Of a stretch of DNA of 64,000 nucleotides, positions 1-19,200 are shown one piece after another (the first letter of the stretch is position 1; each line of letters starts with the position of its first letter). The translations under genes were made by a program, and so were the position numbers. Under the pieces are notes generated by a model. The model ran no database searches, was not told where the DNA came from, and was given only the letters and a program-made list of their open reading frames with translations. This stretch comes from Eledone cirrhosa. Taxonomy: Eukaryota. The stretch is from positions 284,828,001-284,892,000 of the forward strand of contig OZ024742.1 of the NCBI GenBank assembly GCA_964016885.1, in the 5' to 3' direction.

Positions 1-214
1 AACACCACCACCACCATTACTACAAACACCACCACCACCATTACTACAAACACGACCACCACCATTATTACAAACACCACCACCACCATTACTACAAACA
101 CAACCACCACCATTACTACAAACACCACCACCACCATTACTACAAACACCATCACCACCATTACCACAAACACCACCACCGCCATTACTACAAACACGAC
201 CACCACCATTACTA

Positions 215-3200
215 CAAACACCACCACAACCATTACTACAAACACCACCTCCACCATTACCACAAACCCCACCACCACCATTACTAGAAACACCACCACC
301 TCCATTACTACAAACACCACCACCACCATTACCACAAACACCACCACCGCCATTACTACAAACACCACCACCACCATTACTACAAACACCACCACCACCA
401 TTACCACAAACACCACCACCGCCATTACTACAAACACCACCACCAGCATTATCACAAACCCCACAACCACCATTACTACCAACACTACCACCACCATTAC
501 TACAAACTCCACTACCACCATAAACACCACCACCACCATTACTACAAACACCACCACCACCATTACTACAAACACCACCACCACCATTACCACAAACACC
601 ACCATTACTACAAACACCACCACCTCCATTACTACAAACACCACCACTGCCATTACTACAAACACCACCACCACCATTACCACAAACACCACCACCACCA
701 TTACCACAAACACCACCACCACCATTACTACAAAAACCACCACCACCATTACTACACACACCACCACCACCATTACCACAAAAAACACCACCACCATTAC
801 TACAAACACTCCCACCACCATTACCACAAACACCACCACCACCATTACTACAAACACCACCACCACCATTACCGCAAACACCACCACCACCATTACCACA
901 AACACCACCACCACCACCATTACTACAAACACCACCACCACCATTACTACACACACCACCACCACCATTACCACAAACACCACCACCACCATTACTACCA
1001 ACACTCCCACCACCATTACCACAAACACCACCACCACCATTACTACAAACACCACCACCACCATTACCACAAACCCCACCACCACTATTACTACAAACCC
1101 CACCACGCCCATTACCACAAACCCTCCACCACCATTACTACAAATACCACCACCACCATTACTACAAACACCACCACCACCATTACCACAAACCCCACCA
1201 CCACCATTACTACAAACCCCACCACCACCATTACCACAAACCCTCCACCACCATTACTACACACACCACCACCACCATTATTACAAACACCACCACCACC
1301 ACCATTACTACACACACCACCACCACCATTACTACAAACACCCCCACCACCATTACTACCAACACCACCACCACCACCATTACTACACACACCACCACCA
1401 CCATTACTACAAACACCCCCACCACCATTATTACAAACACCACCACCACCATTACCACAAACACCACCACCGCCATTACGACAAACACCACCACCACCAT
1501 TACTACAAACACCACCACCACCATTACCACAAACCCTCCACCACCATTACTACAAACCCCACCACTACCATTACTACAAACACCACCACCACCATTACTA
1601 CAAACACCCCCACCACCATTACCACAAATAACCCCCACCACCATTACTACCAACACCACCACCACCATTACTACAAACACCACCACCACCATTACTACAA
1701 ACACTACCACCACCATTACCACAAACACCCCCACCACCATTACTACAAACACCACCACCAACATTACTACAAACACCACCACCACCATTACTACAAACAC
1801 CACCACCACCATTACCACAAACACCACCACCTCCATTACTACAAACACCACCACCACCATTACCACAAACACCATCACCACCATTACTACAAACACCACC
1901 ACCACCATTACTACAAACACCACCACCACCATTACTACAAACACTACCACCACCATTACCACAAACACCACCACCACCATTACTACAAACACCACCACCA
2001 CCATTACTACAAACACCACCACCACCATTACTACAAACACCCCCACCACCATTACCACAAAGACCACCACCACCATTACTACACACACCACCACCACCAT
2101 TACCACAAACACCACCACCACCATTACTACAAACACCACCACAACCATTACTACAAACACCACCTCCACCATTACCACAAACCCCACCACCACCATTACT
2201 AGAAACACCACCACCTCCATTACTACAAACACCACCACCACCATTACCACAAACACCACCACCGCCATTACTACAAACACCACCACCACCATTACTACAA
2301 ACACCACCACCACCATTACCACAAACACCACCACCGCCATTACTACAAACACCACCACCAGCATTATCACAAACCCCACAACCACCATTACTACCAACAC
2401 TACCACCACCATTACTACAAACTCCACCACCACCATAAACACCACCACCACCATTACTACAAACACCACCACCACCATTACTACAAACACCACCACCACC
2501 ATTACCACAAAGTCCACCATTACTACAAACACCACCACCTCCATTACTACAAACACCACCACTGCCATTACTACAAACACCACCACCACCATTACCACAA
2601 ACACCACCACCACCATTACCACAAACACCACCACCACCATTACTACAAAGACCACCACCACCATTACTACACACACCACCACCACCATTACCACAAAAAA
2701 CACCACCACCATTACTACAAACACTCCCACCACCATTACCACAAACACCACCACCACCATTACTACAAACACCACCACCACCATTACCGCAAACACCACC
2801 ACCACCATTACCACAAACACCACCACCACCACTATTACTACAAACACCACCACCACCATTACTACACACACCACCACCACCATTACCACAAACACCACCA
2901 CCAGCATTACTACCAACACTCCCACCACCATTACCACAAACACCACCACCACCATTACTACAAACACCACCACCACCATTACCACAAACCCCACCACCAC
3001 TATTACTACAAACCCCACCACGCCCATTATCACAAACCCTCCACCACCATTACTACAAATACCACCACCACCATTACTACAAACACCACCACCACCATTA
3101 CCACAAACCCCACCACCACCATTACTACAAACCCCACCACCACCATTACCACAAACCCTCCACCACCATTACTACACACACCACCACCACCATTATTACA

Positions 3201-3615
3201 AACACCACCACCACCACCATTACTACACACACCACCACCACCATTACTACAAACACCCCCACCACCATTACTACCAACACCACCACCACCACCATTACTA
3301 CACACACCACCACCACCATTACTACAAACACCCCCACCACCATTACTACAAACACCACCACCACCATTACCACAAACACCACCACCGCCATTACGACAAA
3401 CACCACCACCACCATTACTACAAACACCACCACCACCATTACCACAAACCCTCCACCACCATTACTACAAACCCCACCACCACCATTACTACAAACACCA
3501 CCACCACCATTACTACAAACACCCCCACCACCATTACCACAAATAACCCCCACCACCATTACTACCAACACCACCACCACCATTACTACAAACACCACCA
3601 CCACCATTACTACAA
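215..3615. repeat. Higher-order duplication, offset 1915 bp (about 215-1700 vs 2130-3615), with a partial mosaic third copy to about 5.4 kb
   Basis: Rare markers recur 1915 bp apart: ttactagaaac (~281/2196), acgcccatt (~1106/3020), aaataacccc (~1626/3541). ORF ends 1231/3146 and 1619/3534 differ by 1915. Confidence 0.85.
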
Positions 3616-6600
3616 ACACCCCCACCACCATTACCACAAACACCCCCACCACCATTACTACAAACACCACCACCACCATTACTACAAACACTACCACCAC
3701 CATTACCACAAACACCACCAACACCATTACTACAAACACCACCACCACCATTACTACAAACACCACCACCACCATTACCACAAACACCACCACCTCCATT
3801 ACTACAAACACCACCACCACCATTACCACAAACACCACCACCACCATTACTACAAACACCACCACCACCATTACTACAAACACCACCACCACCATTACTA
3901 TAAACACTACCACCACCATTACCACAAACACCACCACCACCATTACTACAAACACCACCACCACCATTACTACAAACACCACCACCACCATTACTACAAA
4001 CACCCACAGCACCATTACCACAAACACCCCCACCACCATTACTACAAACACCACCACCACCATTACTACAAACACCACCACCACCATTACTACAAACACC
4101 ACCACCGCCATTACCACAAACACCACCACCTCCATTACTACAAACACCACCACCACCATTACCACAAACACCATCACCACCATTACTACAAACACCACCA
4201 CCACCATTACTACAAACACCACCACCACCATTACTACAAACACTACCACCACCATTACCACAAACACCACCACCACCATTACTACAAACACCACCACCAC
4301 CATTACTACAAACACCACCACCACCATTACTACAAACACCCCCACCACCACTACCACAAAGACCACCACCACCATTACTACACACACCACCACCACCATT
4401 ACCACAAACACCACCACCACCATTACCACAAACACCACCACCACCATTACCACAAACACCACCACCACAATTACTACAAAGACCACCACCACCACCACCA
4501 TTACCACAAACACCACCACCACCATTACTACAAACACTCCCACCACCATTACCACAAACACCACCACCACCATTACTACAAACACCACCACCACCATTAC
4601 CGCAAACACCACCACCACCATTACCACAAACACCACCACCACCACCATTACTACAAACACCACCACCACCATTACTACACACACCACCACCACCATTACC
4701 ACAAACACCACCACCACCATTACTACAAACACTCCCACCACAATTACCACAAACACCACCACCACCATTACTACAAACACCACCACCACCATTACCACAA
4801 ACCCCACCACCACCATTACTACAAACCCCACCACCCCCATTACCACAAACCCTCCACCACCATTACTACAAATACCACCACGACCATTACTACAAACCCC
4901 ACCACCCCCATTACCACAAACCCTCCACCACCATTACTACAAACACCACCACCACCATTACTACAAACACCACCACCACCATTACCACAAACCCCACCAC
5001 CACCATTACTACAAACCCCACCACCACCATTACCACAAACCCTCCACCACCATTACTACACACACCGCCACCACCATTATTACAAACACCACCACCACCA
5101 CCATTACTACACACACCACCACCACCATTACTACAAACACCCCCACCACCATTTCTACCAACACCACCACCACCACCATTACTACACACACCACCACCAC
5201 CATTACTACAAACACCCCCACCACCATTACTACAAACACCACCACCACCATTACCACAAACACCACCACCACCATTACTACAAACACCACCACCGCCATT
5301 ACCACAAACACCACCACCACCATTACTACAAACACCACCACCACCATTACCACAAACCCTCCACCACCATTACTACAAACCCCACCACCACCATTACTAC
5401 AAACACCACCACCACCATTACTACAAACACCCCCACCACCATTACCACAAACACCCCCACCACCATTACTACCAACACCACCACCACCATTACTACAAAC
5501 ACCACCACCAGCATTACTACAAACACTCCCACCACCATTACCACAAACACCCCCACCACCATTACTACAAACACCACCACCACCATTACTACAAACACCA
5601 CCACCACCATTACCACAAACACTCCCACCACCATTACCACAAACACCCCCACCACCATTACTACAAACACGACCACCACCATTATTACAAACACCACCAC
5701 CACCATTACTACAAACACCACCACCACCACCACCACAAACACCACCACCAACATTACTACAAACACCACCACCACCATTACTACAAACACCACCACCACC
5801 ACCACCACAAACACCACCACCAACATTACTACAAACACCCCCCACCACCATTACTACAAACACCACCACCACCATTACTACAAACAGCCCCACCACCATT
5901 ACCACAAACACCACCACCACCATTACTACAAACACCACCACCACCATTACCACAAACACCACCACCACCATTACTACAAACACCACCACCACCATTACTA
6001 CAAACACGACCACCACCATTATTACAAACACCACCACCACCATTACTACAAACACCACCACCACCATTACTACAAACACCACCACCACCATTACTACAAA
6101 CACCATCACCACCATTACCACAAACACCACCACCGCCATTACTATAAACACGACCACCACCATTACTACAAACACCACCACCACCATTACTACAAACACC
6201 ACCACCACCATTACTACAAACACCACCACCACCATTACTACAAACACCACCACCACCATTACCACAAACACCACCACCGCCATTACTACAAACACCACCA
6301 CCACCATTACCACAAACCCCACCACCACCATTACTACCAACACTACCACCACCATTACTACAAACTCCACCACCACCATAAACACCACCACCACCATTAC
6401 TACAAACACCACCACCACCATTACTACAAACACCACCACCACCATTACTACAAACACCACCACCACCATTACCATAAACACCACCACCACCATTACTACA
6501 AACACCACCACCACCATTACTACAAACACCACCACCACCATTATTAGAAACACCACCACCATTACTACACACACCAACACCACCATTATTACAAACACCA

Positions 6601-7289
6601 CCACCGCCATTACTACAAAAACCACCACCACCATTACTACACACACCACCACCACCATTACTACAAACACCACCACCACGATTACCACAAACACCCCCAC
6701 CACCATTACTACAAACACCACCACCACCATTACTACAAACACCCCCACCACCATTACCACAAACACCCCCACCACCATTACTACCAACACCACCACCACC
6801 ATTACTACAAACACCACCACTGCCATTACTACAAACACCCCAACCACCATTACCACAAACACCCCCACCACCATTACTACCAACACCACCATCACCATTA
6901 CTACAAACACCACCACCGCCATTACCACAATCACCACCACCACCATTACTACAAACCCCACCACCACCATTACTACAAACACCACCACCACCATTACTAC
7001 AAACACCCCCACCACCATTACCACAAACACCCCCACCACCATTACTACCAACACCACCACCACCATTACTACAAACACCCCCACCACCATTACCACAAAC
7101 ACCCCACCTCCATTACTACAAACACCCCCACCACCATTACCACAAACACCACCACCACCATTACCACAAACACCCTCACCACCATTACTACAAACCCCAC
7201 CACCACCATTACTACAAACACCACCACCACCATTACTACAAACACCACCACCACCATTACTACAAACACCACCACCACCATTACCACAA

Positions 7290-10200
7290 ACACTACCACC
7301 ACCATTACTACAAACACCACCACCACCACCATTACTACACACACCACCACCACCATTATTACAAACACCACCACCACCATTACCACAAACACCACCACCA
7401 CCATTAACACACACACCACCACCACCATTACTACAAAGACCACCACCACCATTACTACACACACCACCACCACCATTACCACAAACACCACCACCACCAT
7501 TACTACAAACACTCCCACCACCATTACCACAAACACCACCACCACCATTACTACAAACACCACCACCACCATTACCGCAAACACCACCACCACCATTACC
7601 ACAAACACCACCACCACCATTACTACAAACACCACCCCCACCATTACTACAAACACCACCACCACCATTACCACAAACACCACCACCACCATTACTACAA
7701 ACACTCCCACCACCATTACCACAAACACCACCACCACCATTACTACAAACACCACCACCACCATCACCACAAACCCCACCACCACCATTACTACAAACCC
7801 CACCACCACCATTACCACAAACCCTCCACCACCATTACTACAAATACCACCATCACCATTACTACAAACACCACCACCACCATTACCACAAACCCCACCA
7901 CCACCATTACTACAAACCCCACCACCACCATTACCACAAACCCTCCACCACCATTACTACACACACCACCACCACCATTATCACAAACACCACCACCACC
8001 ACCATTACTACACACACCACCACCACCATTACTACAAACACCCCCACCACCATTACTACCAACACCACCACCACCACCATTACTACACACACCACCACCA
8101 CCATTACTACAAACACCCCCACCACCATTACTACAAACACCACCACCATCATTACCACAAACACCACCATCACCATTACTACAAACACCACCATCACCAT
8201 TACTACAAACACCCCCACCACCATTACCACAAACACCACCACCACCATTACTACAAACACCACCATCACCATTACTACAAACACCACCACCGCCATTACC
8301 ACAAACACCCCCACCACCATTACCACAAACACCACCACCACCATTACTACAAACACCACCACCGTCATTACTACAAACACCCCCACCACCATTACCACAA
8401 ACACCACCACCACCATTACTACAAACACCACCATCACCATTACTACAAACACCACCACCGCCATTACCACAAACACCACCACCACCATTACTACAAACCC
8501 CACCACCACCATTACTACAAACACCACCACCACCATTACTACAAACACCCCCACCACCATTACCACAAACACCCCCACCACCATTACTACCAACACCACC
8601 ACCACCATTACTACAAACACCACCACCACCATTACTACAAACACCCCCACCACCATTACCACAAACACCCCCACCACCATTACTACAAACACCACCACCA
8701 CCATTACTACAAACACTACCACCACCACAAACACCACCACCACCATTACTACAAACACCACCACCACCATTACCACAAACACCACCACCACCATTACTAC
8801 AAACACCACCACCACCATTACCACAAACACCACCACCACCATTACTACAAACACCACCACCACCATTACTACAAACCCCACCACCACCATTACTACAGAC
8901 ACCACCACCACCATTACTACAAACCCCACCACCACCATTACTACAAAGACCACCACCACCATTACCACAAACACCACCACCACCATTACTACAAACACCA
9001 CCACCACCATTACTACAAACCACACCACCACCATTACTACAAACACCACCACCACCATTACTACAAACCCCACCACCACCATTACTACAAACACCACCAC
9101 CACCATTACCACAAACACCACCACCACCATTACTACAAACACCACCACCACCATTACCACAAACACCACCACCACCATTACTACAAACACCACCACCACC
9201 ATTACCACAAACACCACCACCACCATTACTACAAACACCCCCACCACCATTACCACAAACACCACCACCACCATTACTACAAACACCACCACCACCATTA
9301 CTACAAACACCACCACCACCATTACTACAAACCCCACCACCACCATTACCACAAACACCACCACCACCATTACCACAAACCCCCACCACAACCATTACTA
9401 CAAACACCACCACCGCCATTACTACAAACACCCCCACCACCATTACCACAAACACCACCACCACCATTACCACAAACACCCCCACCACCATTACTACAAA
9501 CCCCAACACCACCATTACTACAAACACCACCACCACCATTACTACAAACACCACCACCACCATTACTACAAACCCCACCACCACCATTACCACAAACACC
9601 ACCACCACCTTTACCACAAACCCCCACCACAACCATTACCAGAAACACCACCACCGTCATTACTACAAACACCCCCACCACCATTACCACAAACACCACC
9701 ACCACCATTACCACAAACACCCCCACCACCATTACTACAAACCCCACCACCACCAATACTACAAACACCACCACCACCATTACTACAAACACCACCACCA
9801 CCATTACTACAAACCCCACCACCACCATTACCACAAACACCACCACCACCATTACCACAAACCCCCACCACAACCATTACTACAAACACCACCACCGCCA
9901 TCACTACAAACACCCCCACCACCATTACCACAAACACCACCACCACCATTACCACAAACACCCCCACCACCATTACTACAAACCCCACCACCACCATTAC
10001 TACAAACACCACCACCACCATTACTACAAACACCACCACCACCATTACTACAAACCCCACCACCACCATTACCACAAACACCACCACCACCATTACCACA
10101 AACCCCCACCACAACCATTACTACAAACACCACCACCGCCATTACTACAAACACCCCACCACCATTACCACAAACACCACCACCACCATTACCACAAACA

Positions 10201-13200
10201 CCCCCACCACCATTACTACAAACCCCACCACCACCATTACCACAAACACCCCCACCACCATTACTACAAACACCACCACCACCATTACTACAAACACCAC
10301 GACCACCATTACTACAAAGAATACCACCACCATTACTACAAACACCACCACCACCATTACCTCAAACACCACCACCACCATTACCACAAACACCACCACC
10401 ACCATTACTACAAACACCACCACCACCATTACTACAAACACCACCACCACCATTACAACAAACACTACCACCACCATTACTACAAACACTACCACCACTA
10501 TTACTACAAACACTACCACCACCATTACTACAAACACCACCACCATCATCATTACTACACACACCACCACCACCATTACCATAAACACCACCACCACCAT
10601 TACTACAAACACTCCCACCAGCATTACCACAAACACCACCACCACCATTACCTCAAACACCACCACCACCATTACCACAAACACCACCACTACCATTATT
10701 ACAAACACCACCACCACCATTACCACAAACACCACCACCACCATTACCACAAACACCACCACCACCATTACTACAAAGACCACCACCATCATCATTACTA
10801 CACACACCACCACCACCATTACCACAAACACCACCACCACCATTACTACAAACACCACCACCAGCATTACTACAAACACTCCCACCACCATTACCACAAA
10901 CACCCCCACCACCATTACTACAAACACCACCACCACCATTACTACAAACACCACCACCACCATTACCACAAACACTCCCACCACCATTACCACAAACACC
11001 CCCACCACCATTACTACAAACACGACCACCACCATTATTACAAACACCACCACCACCATTACTACAAACACCACCACCACCACCACCACAAACACCACCA
11101 CCAACATTACTACAAACACCACCACCACCATTACTACAAACACCACCACCACCACCACCACAAACACCACCACCAACATTACTACAAACACCCCCACCAC
11201 CATTACTACAAACACCCCCACCACCATTACTACAAACAGCCCCACCACCATTACCACAAACACCACCACCACCACCACCATTACCACAAACACCACCACC
11301 ACCATTACTACAAACACCACCACCACCATTACTACAAACACCACCACCACCATTACTACAAACACCATCACCACCATTACCACAAACACCACCACCGCCA
11401 TTACTATAAACACGACCACCACCATTACTACAAACACCACCACCACCATTACTACAAACACCACCACCACCATTACTACAAACACCACCACCACCATTAC
11501 TACAAACACCACCACCACCATTACCACAAACACCACCACCGCCATTACTACAAACACCACCACCACCATTACCACAAACCCCACCACCACCATTACTACC
11601 AACACTACCACCACCATTACTACAAACTCCACCACCACCATAAACACCACCACCACCATTACTACAAACACCACCACCACCATTACTACAAACACCACCA
11701 CCACCATTACTACAAACACCACCACCACCATTACCATAAACACCACCACCACCATTACTACAAACACCACCACCACCATTACTACAAACACCACCACCAC
11801 CATTATTACAAACACCACCACCATTACTACACACACCACCACCACCATTATTACAAACACCACCACCGCCATTACTACAAAAACCACCACCACCATTACT
11901 ACACACACCACCACCACCATTACTACAAACACCACCACCACGATTACCACAAACACCACCACCACCATTACTACAAACACCACCACCACCATTACTACAA
12001 ACACCCCCACCACCATTACCACAAACACCCCCACCACCATTACTACCAACACCACCACCACCATTACTACAAACACCACCACTGCCATTACTACAAACAC
12101 CCCAACCACCATTACCACAAACACCCCCACCACCATTACTACCAACACCACCATCACCATTACCACAAACACCACCACCGCCATTACCACAATCACCACC
12201 ACCACCATTACTACAAACCCCACCACCACCATTACTACAAACACCACCACCACCATTACTACAAACACCCCCACCACCATTACCACAAACACCCCCACCA
12301 CCATTACTACCAACACCACCACCACCATTACTACAAACACCCCCACCACCATTACCAGAAACACCCCACCTCCATTACTACAAACACCACCACTGCCATT
12401 ACTACAAACACCACCACCACCATTACTACAAACACCCCCACCACCATTACCACAAACACCCCCACCACCATTACTACAAACACCACCACCACCATTACTA
12501 CAAACACTACCACCGCCATTACTACAAACACCCCCACGACCATTACTACAAACACCCCCACCACCATTACCAGAAACACCACCACCACCATTACTACAAA
12601 CACCACCACCACCATTACTACAAACACCACCACCACCATTACTACAAACCCCACCACCACCATTACCACAAACACCACCACCACCATTACCACAAACCCC
12701 CACCACAACCATTACTACAAACACCACCACCGCCATTACTACAAACACCCCCACCACCATTACCACAAACACCACCACCACCATTACCATAAACACCCTC
12801 ACCACCATTACTACAAACCCCACCACCACCATTACTACAAACACCACCACCACCATTACTACAAACACCACCACCACCATTACTACAAACCCCACCACCA
12901 CCATTACCACAAACACCACCACCACCATTACCACAAACCCCCACCACAACCATTACTACAAACACCACCACCGTCATTACTACAAATACCACCACCACGA
13001 TTACCACAAACACCACCACCACCATTACCACAAACACCACCACCACCATTACTACAAACACCACCACCACCACCATTACTACACACACCACCACCACCAT
13101 TATTACAAACACCACCACCACCATTACCACAAACACCACCACCACCATTAACACACACACCACCACCACCATTACTACAAAGACCACCACCACCATTACT

Positions 13201-16200
13201 ACACACACCACCACCACCATTACCACAAACACCACCACCACCATTACTACAAACACTCCCACCACCATTACCAGAAACACCACCACCACCATTACTACAA
13301 ACACCACCACCACCATTACTACAAACACCACCACCACCATTACCACAAACACCACCACCACCATTACTACAAACACCACCACCACCATTACCACAAACAC
13401 CACCACCACCATTACTACAAACACCCCCACCACCATTACCACAAACACCACCACCACCATTACTACAAACACCACCACCACCATTACTACAAACACCACC
13501 ACCACCATTACTACAAACCCCACCACCACCATTACCACAAACACCACCACCACCATTACCACAAACCCCCACCACAACCATTACTACAAACACCACCACC
13601 GCCATTACTACAAACACCCCCACCACCATTACCACAAACACCACCACCACCATTACCACAAACACCCCCACCACCATTACTACAAACCCCAACACCACCA
13701 TTACTACAAACACCACCACCACCATTACTACAAACACCACCACCACCATTACTACAAACCCCACCACCACCATTACCACAAACACCACCACCACCTTTAC
13801 CACAAACCCCCACCACAACCATTACTACAAACACCACCACCGTCATTACTACAAACACCCCCACCACCATTACCACAAACACCACCACCACCATTACCAC
13901 AAACACCCCCACCACCATTACTACAAACCCCACCACCACCAATACTACAAACACCACCACCACCATTACTACAAACACCACCACCACCATTACTACAAAC
14001 CCCACCACCACCATTACCACAAACACCACCACCACCATTACCACAAACCCCCACCACAACCATTACTACAAACACCACCACCGCCATCACTACAAACACC
14101 CCCACCACCATTACCACAAACACCACCACCACCATTACCACAAACACCCCCACCACCATTACTACAAACCCCACCACCACCATTACTACAAACACCACCA
14201 CCACCATTACTACAAACACCACCACCACCATTACTACAAACCCCACCACCACCATTACCACAAACACCACCACCACCATTACCACAAACCCCCACCACAA
14301 CCATTACTACAAACACCACCACCGCCATTACTACAAACACCCCACCACCATTACCACAAACACCACCACCACCATTACCACAAACACCCCCACCACCATT
14401 ACTACAAACCCCACCACCACCATTACCACAAACACCCCCACCACCATTACTACAAACACCACCACCACCATTACTACAAACACCACGACCACCATTACTA
14501 CAAAGAATACCACCACCATTACTACAAACACCACCACCACCATTACCTCAAACACCACCACCACCATTACCACAAACACCACCACCACCATTACTACAAA
14601 CACCACCACCACCATTACTACAAACACCACCACCACCATTACAACAAACACTACCACCACCATTACTACAAACACTACCACCACTATTACTACAAACACT
14701 ACCACCACCATTACTACAAACACCACCACCATCATCATTACTACACACACCACCACCACCATTACCATAAACACCACCACCACCATTACTACAAACACTC
14801 CCACCAGCATTACCACAAACACCACCACCACCATTACCTCAAACACCACCACCACCATTACCACAAACACCACCACTACCATTATTACAAACACCACCAC
14901 CACCATTACCACAAACACCACCACCACCATTACCACAAACACCACCACCACCATTACTACAAAGACCACCACCATCATCATTACTACACACACCACCACC
15001 ACCATTACCACAAACACCACCACCACCATTACTACAAACACCACCACCAGCATTACTACAAACACTCCCACCACCATTACCACAAACACCCCCACCACCA
15101 TTACTACAAACACCACCACCACCATTACTACAAACACCACCACCACCATTACCACAAACACTCCCACCACCATTACCACAAACACCCCCACCACCATTAC
15201 TACAAACACGACCACCACCATTATTACAAACACCACCACCACCATTACTACAAACACCACCACCACCACCACCACAAACACCACCACCAACATTACTACA
15301 AACACCACCACCACCATTACTACAAACACCACCACCACCACCACCACAAACACCACCACCAACATTACTACAAACACCCCCACCACCATTACTACAAACA
15401 CCCCCACCACCATTACTACAAACAGCCCCACCACCATTACCACAAACACCACCACCACCACCACCATTACCACAAACACCACCACCACCATTACTACAAA
15501 CACCACCACCACCATTACTACAAACACCACCACCACCATTACTACAAACACCATCACCACCATTACCACAAACACCACCACCGCCATTACTATAAACACG
15601 ACCACCACCATTACTACAAACACCACCACCACCATTACTACAAACACCACCACCACCATTACTACAAACACCACCACCACCATTACTACAAACACCACCA
15701 CCACCATTACCACAAACACCACCACCGCCATTACTACAAACACCACCACCACCATTACCACAAACCCCACCACCACCATTACTACCAACACTACCACCAC
15801 CATTACTACAAACTCCACCACCACCATAAACACCACCACCACCATTACTACAAACACCACCACCACCATTACTACAAACACCACCACCACCATTACTACA
15901 AACACCACCACCACCATTACCATAAACACCACCACCACCATTACTACAAACACCACCACCACCATTACTACAAACACCACCACCACCATTATTACAAACA
16001 CCACCACCATTACTACACACACCACCACCACCATTATTACAAACACCACCACCGCCATTACTACAAAAACCACCACCACCATTACTACACACACCACCAC
16101 CACCATTACTACAAACACCACCACCACGATTACCACAAACACCACCACCACCATTACTACAAACACCACCACCACCATTACTACAAACACCCCCACCACC

Positions 16201-19200
16201 ATTACCACAAACACCCCCACCACCATTACTACCAACACCACCACCACCATTACTACAAACACCACCACTGCCATTACTACAAACACCCCAACCACCATTA
16301 CCACAAACACCCCCACCACCATTACTACCAACACCACCATCACCATTACCACAAACACCACCACCGCCATTACCACAATCACCACCACCACCATTACTAC
16401 AAACCCCACCACCACCATTACTACAAACACCACCACCACCATTACTACAAACACCCCCACCACCATTACCACAAACACCCCCACCACCATTACTACCAAC
16501 ACCACCACCACCATTACTACAAACACCCCCACCACCATTACCAGAAACACCCCACCTCCATTACTACAAACACCACCACTGCCATTACTACAAACACCAC
16601 CACCACCATTACTACAAACACCCCCACCACCATTACCACAAACACCCCCACCACCATTACTACAAACACCACCACCACCATTACTACAAACACTACCACC
16701 GCCATTACTACAAACACCCCCACGACCATTACTACAAACACCCCCACCACCATTACCAGAAACACCACCACCACCATTACTACAAACACCACCACCACCA
16801 TTACTACAAACACCACCACCACCATTACTACAAACCCCACCACCACCATTACCACAAACACCACCACCACCATTACCACAAACCCCCACCACAACCATTA
16901 CTACAAACACCACCACCGCCATTACTACAAACACCCCCACCACCATTACCACAAACACCACCACCACCATTACCATAAACACCCTCACCACCATTACTAC
17001 AAACCCCACCACCACCATTACTACAAACACCACCACCACCATTACTACAAACACCACCACCACCATTACTACAAACCCCACCACCACCATTACCACAAAC
17101 ACCACCACCACCATTACCACAAACCCCCACCACAACCATTACTACAAACACCACCACCGTCATTACTACAAATACCACCACCACGATTACCACAAACACC
17201 ACCACCACCATTACCACAAACACCACCACCACCATTACTACAAACACCACCACCACCACCATTACTACACACACCACCACCACCATTATTACAAACACCA
17301 CCACCACCATTACCACAAACACCACCACCACCATTAACACACACACCACCACCACCATTACTACAAAGACCACCACCACCATTACTACACACACCACCAC
17401 CACCATTACCACAAACACCACCACCACCATTACTACAAACACTCCCACCACCATTACCACAAACACCACCACCACCATTACTACAAACACCACCACCACC
17501 ATTACCGCAAACACCACCACCACCATTACCACAAACACCACCACCACCATTACTACAAACACCACCCCCACCATTACTACAAACACCACCACCACCATTA
17601 CCACAAACACCACCACCACCATTACTACAAACACTCCCACCACCATTACCACAAACACCACCACCACCATTACTACAAACACCACCACCACCATCACCAC
17701 AAACCCCACCACCACCATTACTACAAACCCCACCACCACCATTACCACAAACCCTCCACCACCATTACTACAAATACCACCATCACCATTACTACAAACA
17801 CCACCACCACCATTACCACAAACCCCACCACCACCATTACTACAAACCCCACCACCACCATTACCACAAACCCTCCACCACCATTACTACACACACCACC
17901 ACCACCATTATTACAAACACCACCACCACCACCATTACTACACACACCACCACCACCATTACTACAAACACCCCCACCACCATTACTACCAACACCACCA
18001 CCACCACCATTACTACACACACCACCACCACCATTACTACAAACACCCCCACCACCATTACTACAAACACCACCACCATCATTACCACAAACACCACCAT
18101 CACCATTACTACAAACACCACCATCACCATTACTACAAACACCCCCACCACCATTACCACAAACACCACCACCACCATTACTACAAACACCACCATCACC
18201 ATTACTACAAACACCACCACCGCCATTACCACAAACACCCCCACCACCATTACCACAAACACCACCACCACCATTACTACAAACACCACCACCGTCATTA
18301 CTACAAACACCCCCACCACCATTACCACAAACACCACCACCACCATTACTACAAACACCACCATCACCATTACTACAAACACCACCACCGCCATTACCAC
18401 AAACACCACCACCACCATTACTACAAACCCCACCACCACCATTACTACAAACACCACCACCACCATTACTACAAACACCCCCACCACCATTACCACAAAC
18501 ACCCCCACCACCATTACTACCAACACCACCACCACCATTACTACAAACACCACCACCACCATTACTACAAACACCCCCACCACCATTACCACAAACACCC
18601 CCACCACCATTACTACAAACACCACCACCACCATTACTACAAACACTACCACCACCACAAACACCACCACCACCATTACTACAAACACCACCACCACCAT
18701 TACCACAAACACCACCACCACCATTACTACAAACACCACCACCACCATTACCACAAACACCACCACCACCATTACTACAAACACCACCACCACCATTACT
18801 ACAAACCCCACCACCACCATTACTACAAACACCACCACCACCATTACCACAAACACCACCACCACCATTACTACAAACACCACCACCACCATTACTACAA
18901 ACCACACCACCACCATTACTACAAACACCACCACCACCATTACTACAAACCCCACCACCACCATTACTACAAACACCACCACCACCATTACCACAAACAC
19001 CACCACCACCATTACTACAAACACCACCACCACCATTACCACAAACACCACCACCACCATTACTACAAACACCACCACCACCATTACCACAAACACCACC
19101 ACCACCATTACTACAAACACCCCCACCACCATTACCACAAACACCACCACCACCATTACTACAAACACCACCACCACCATTACTACAAACACCACCACCA

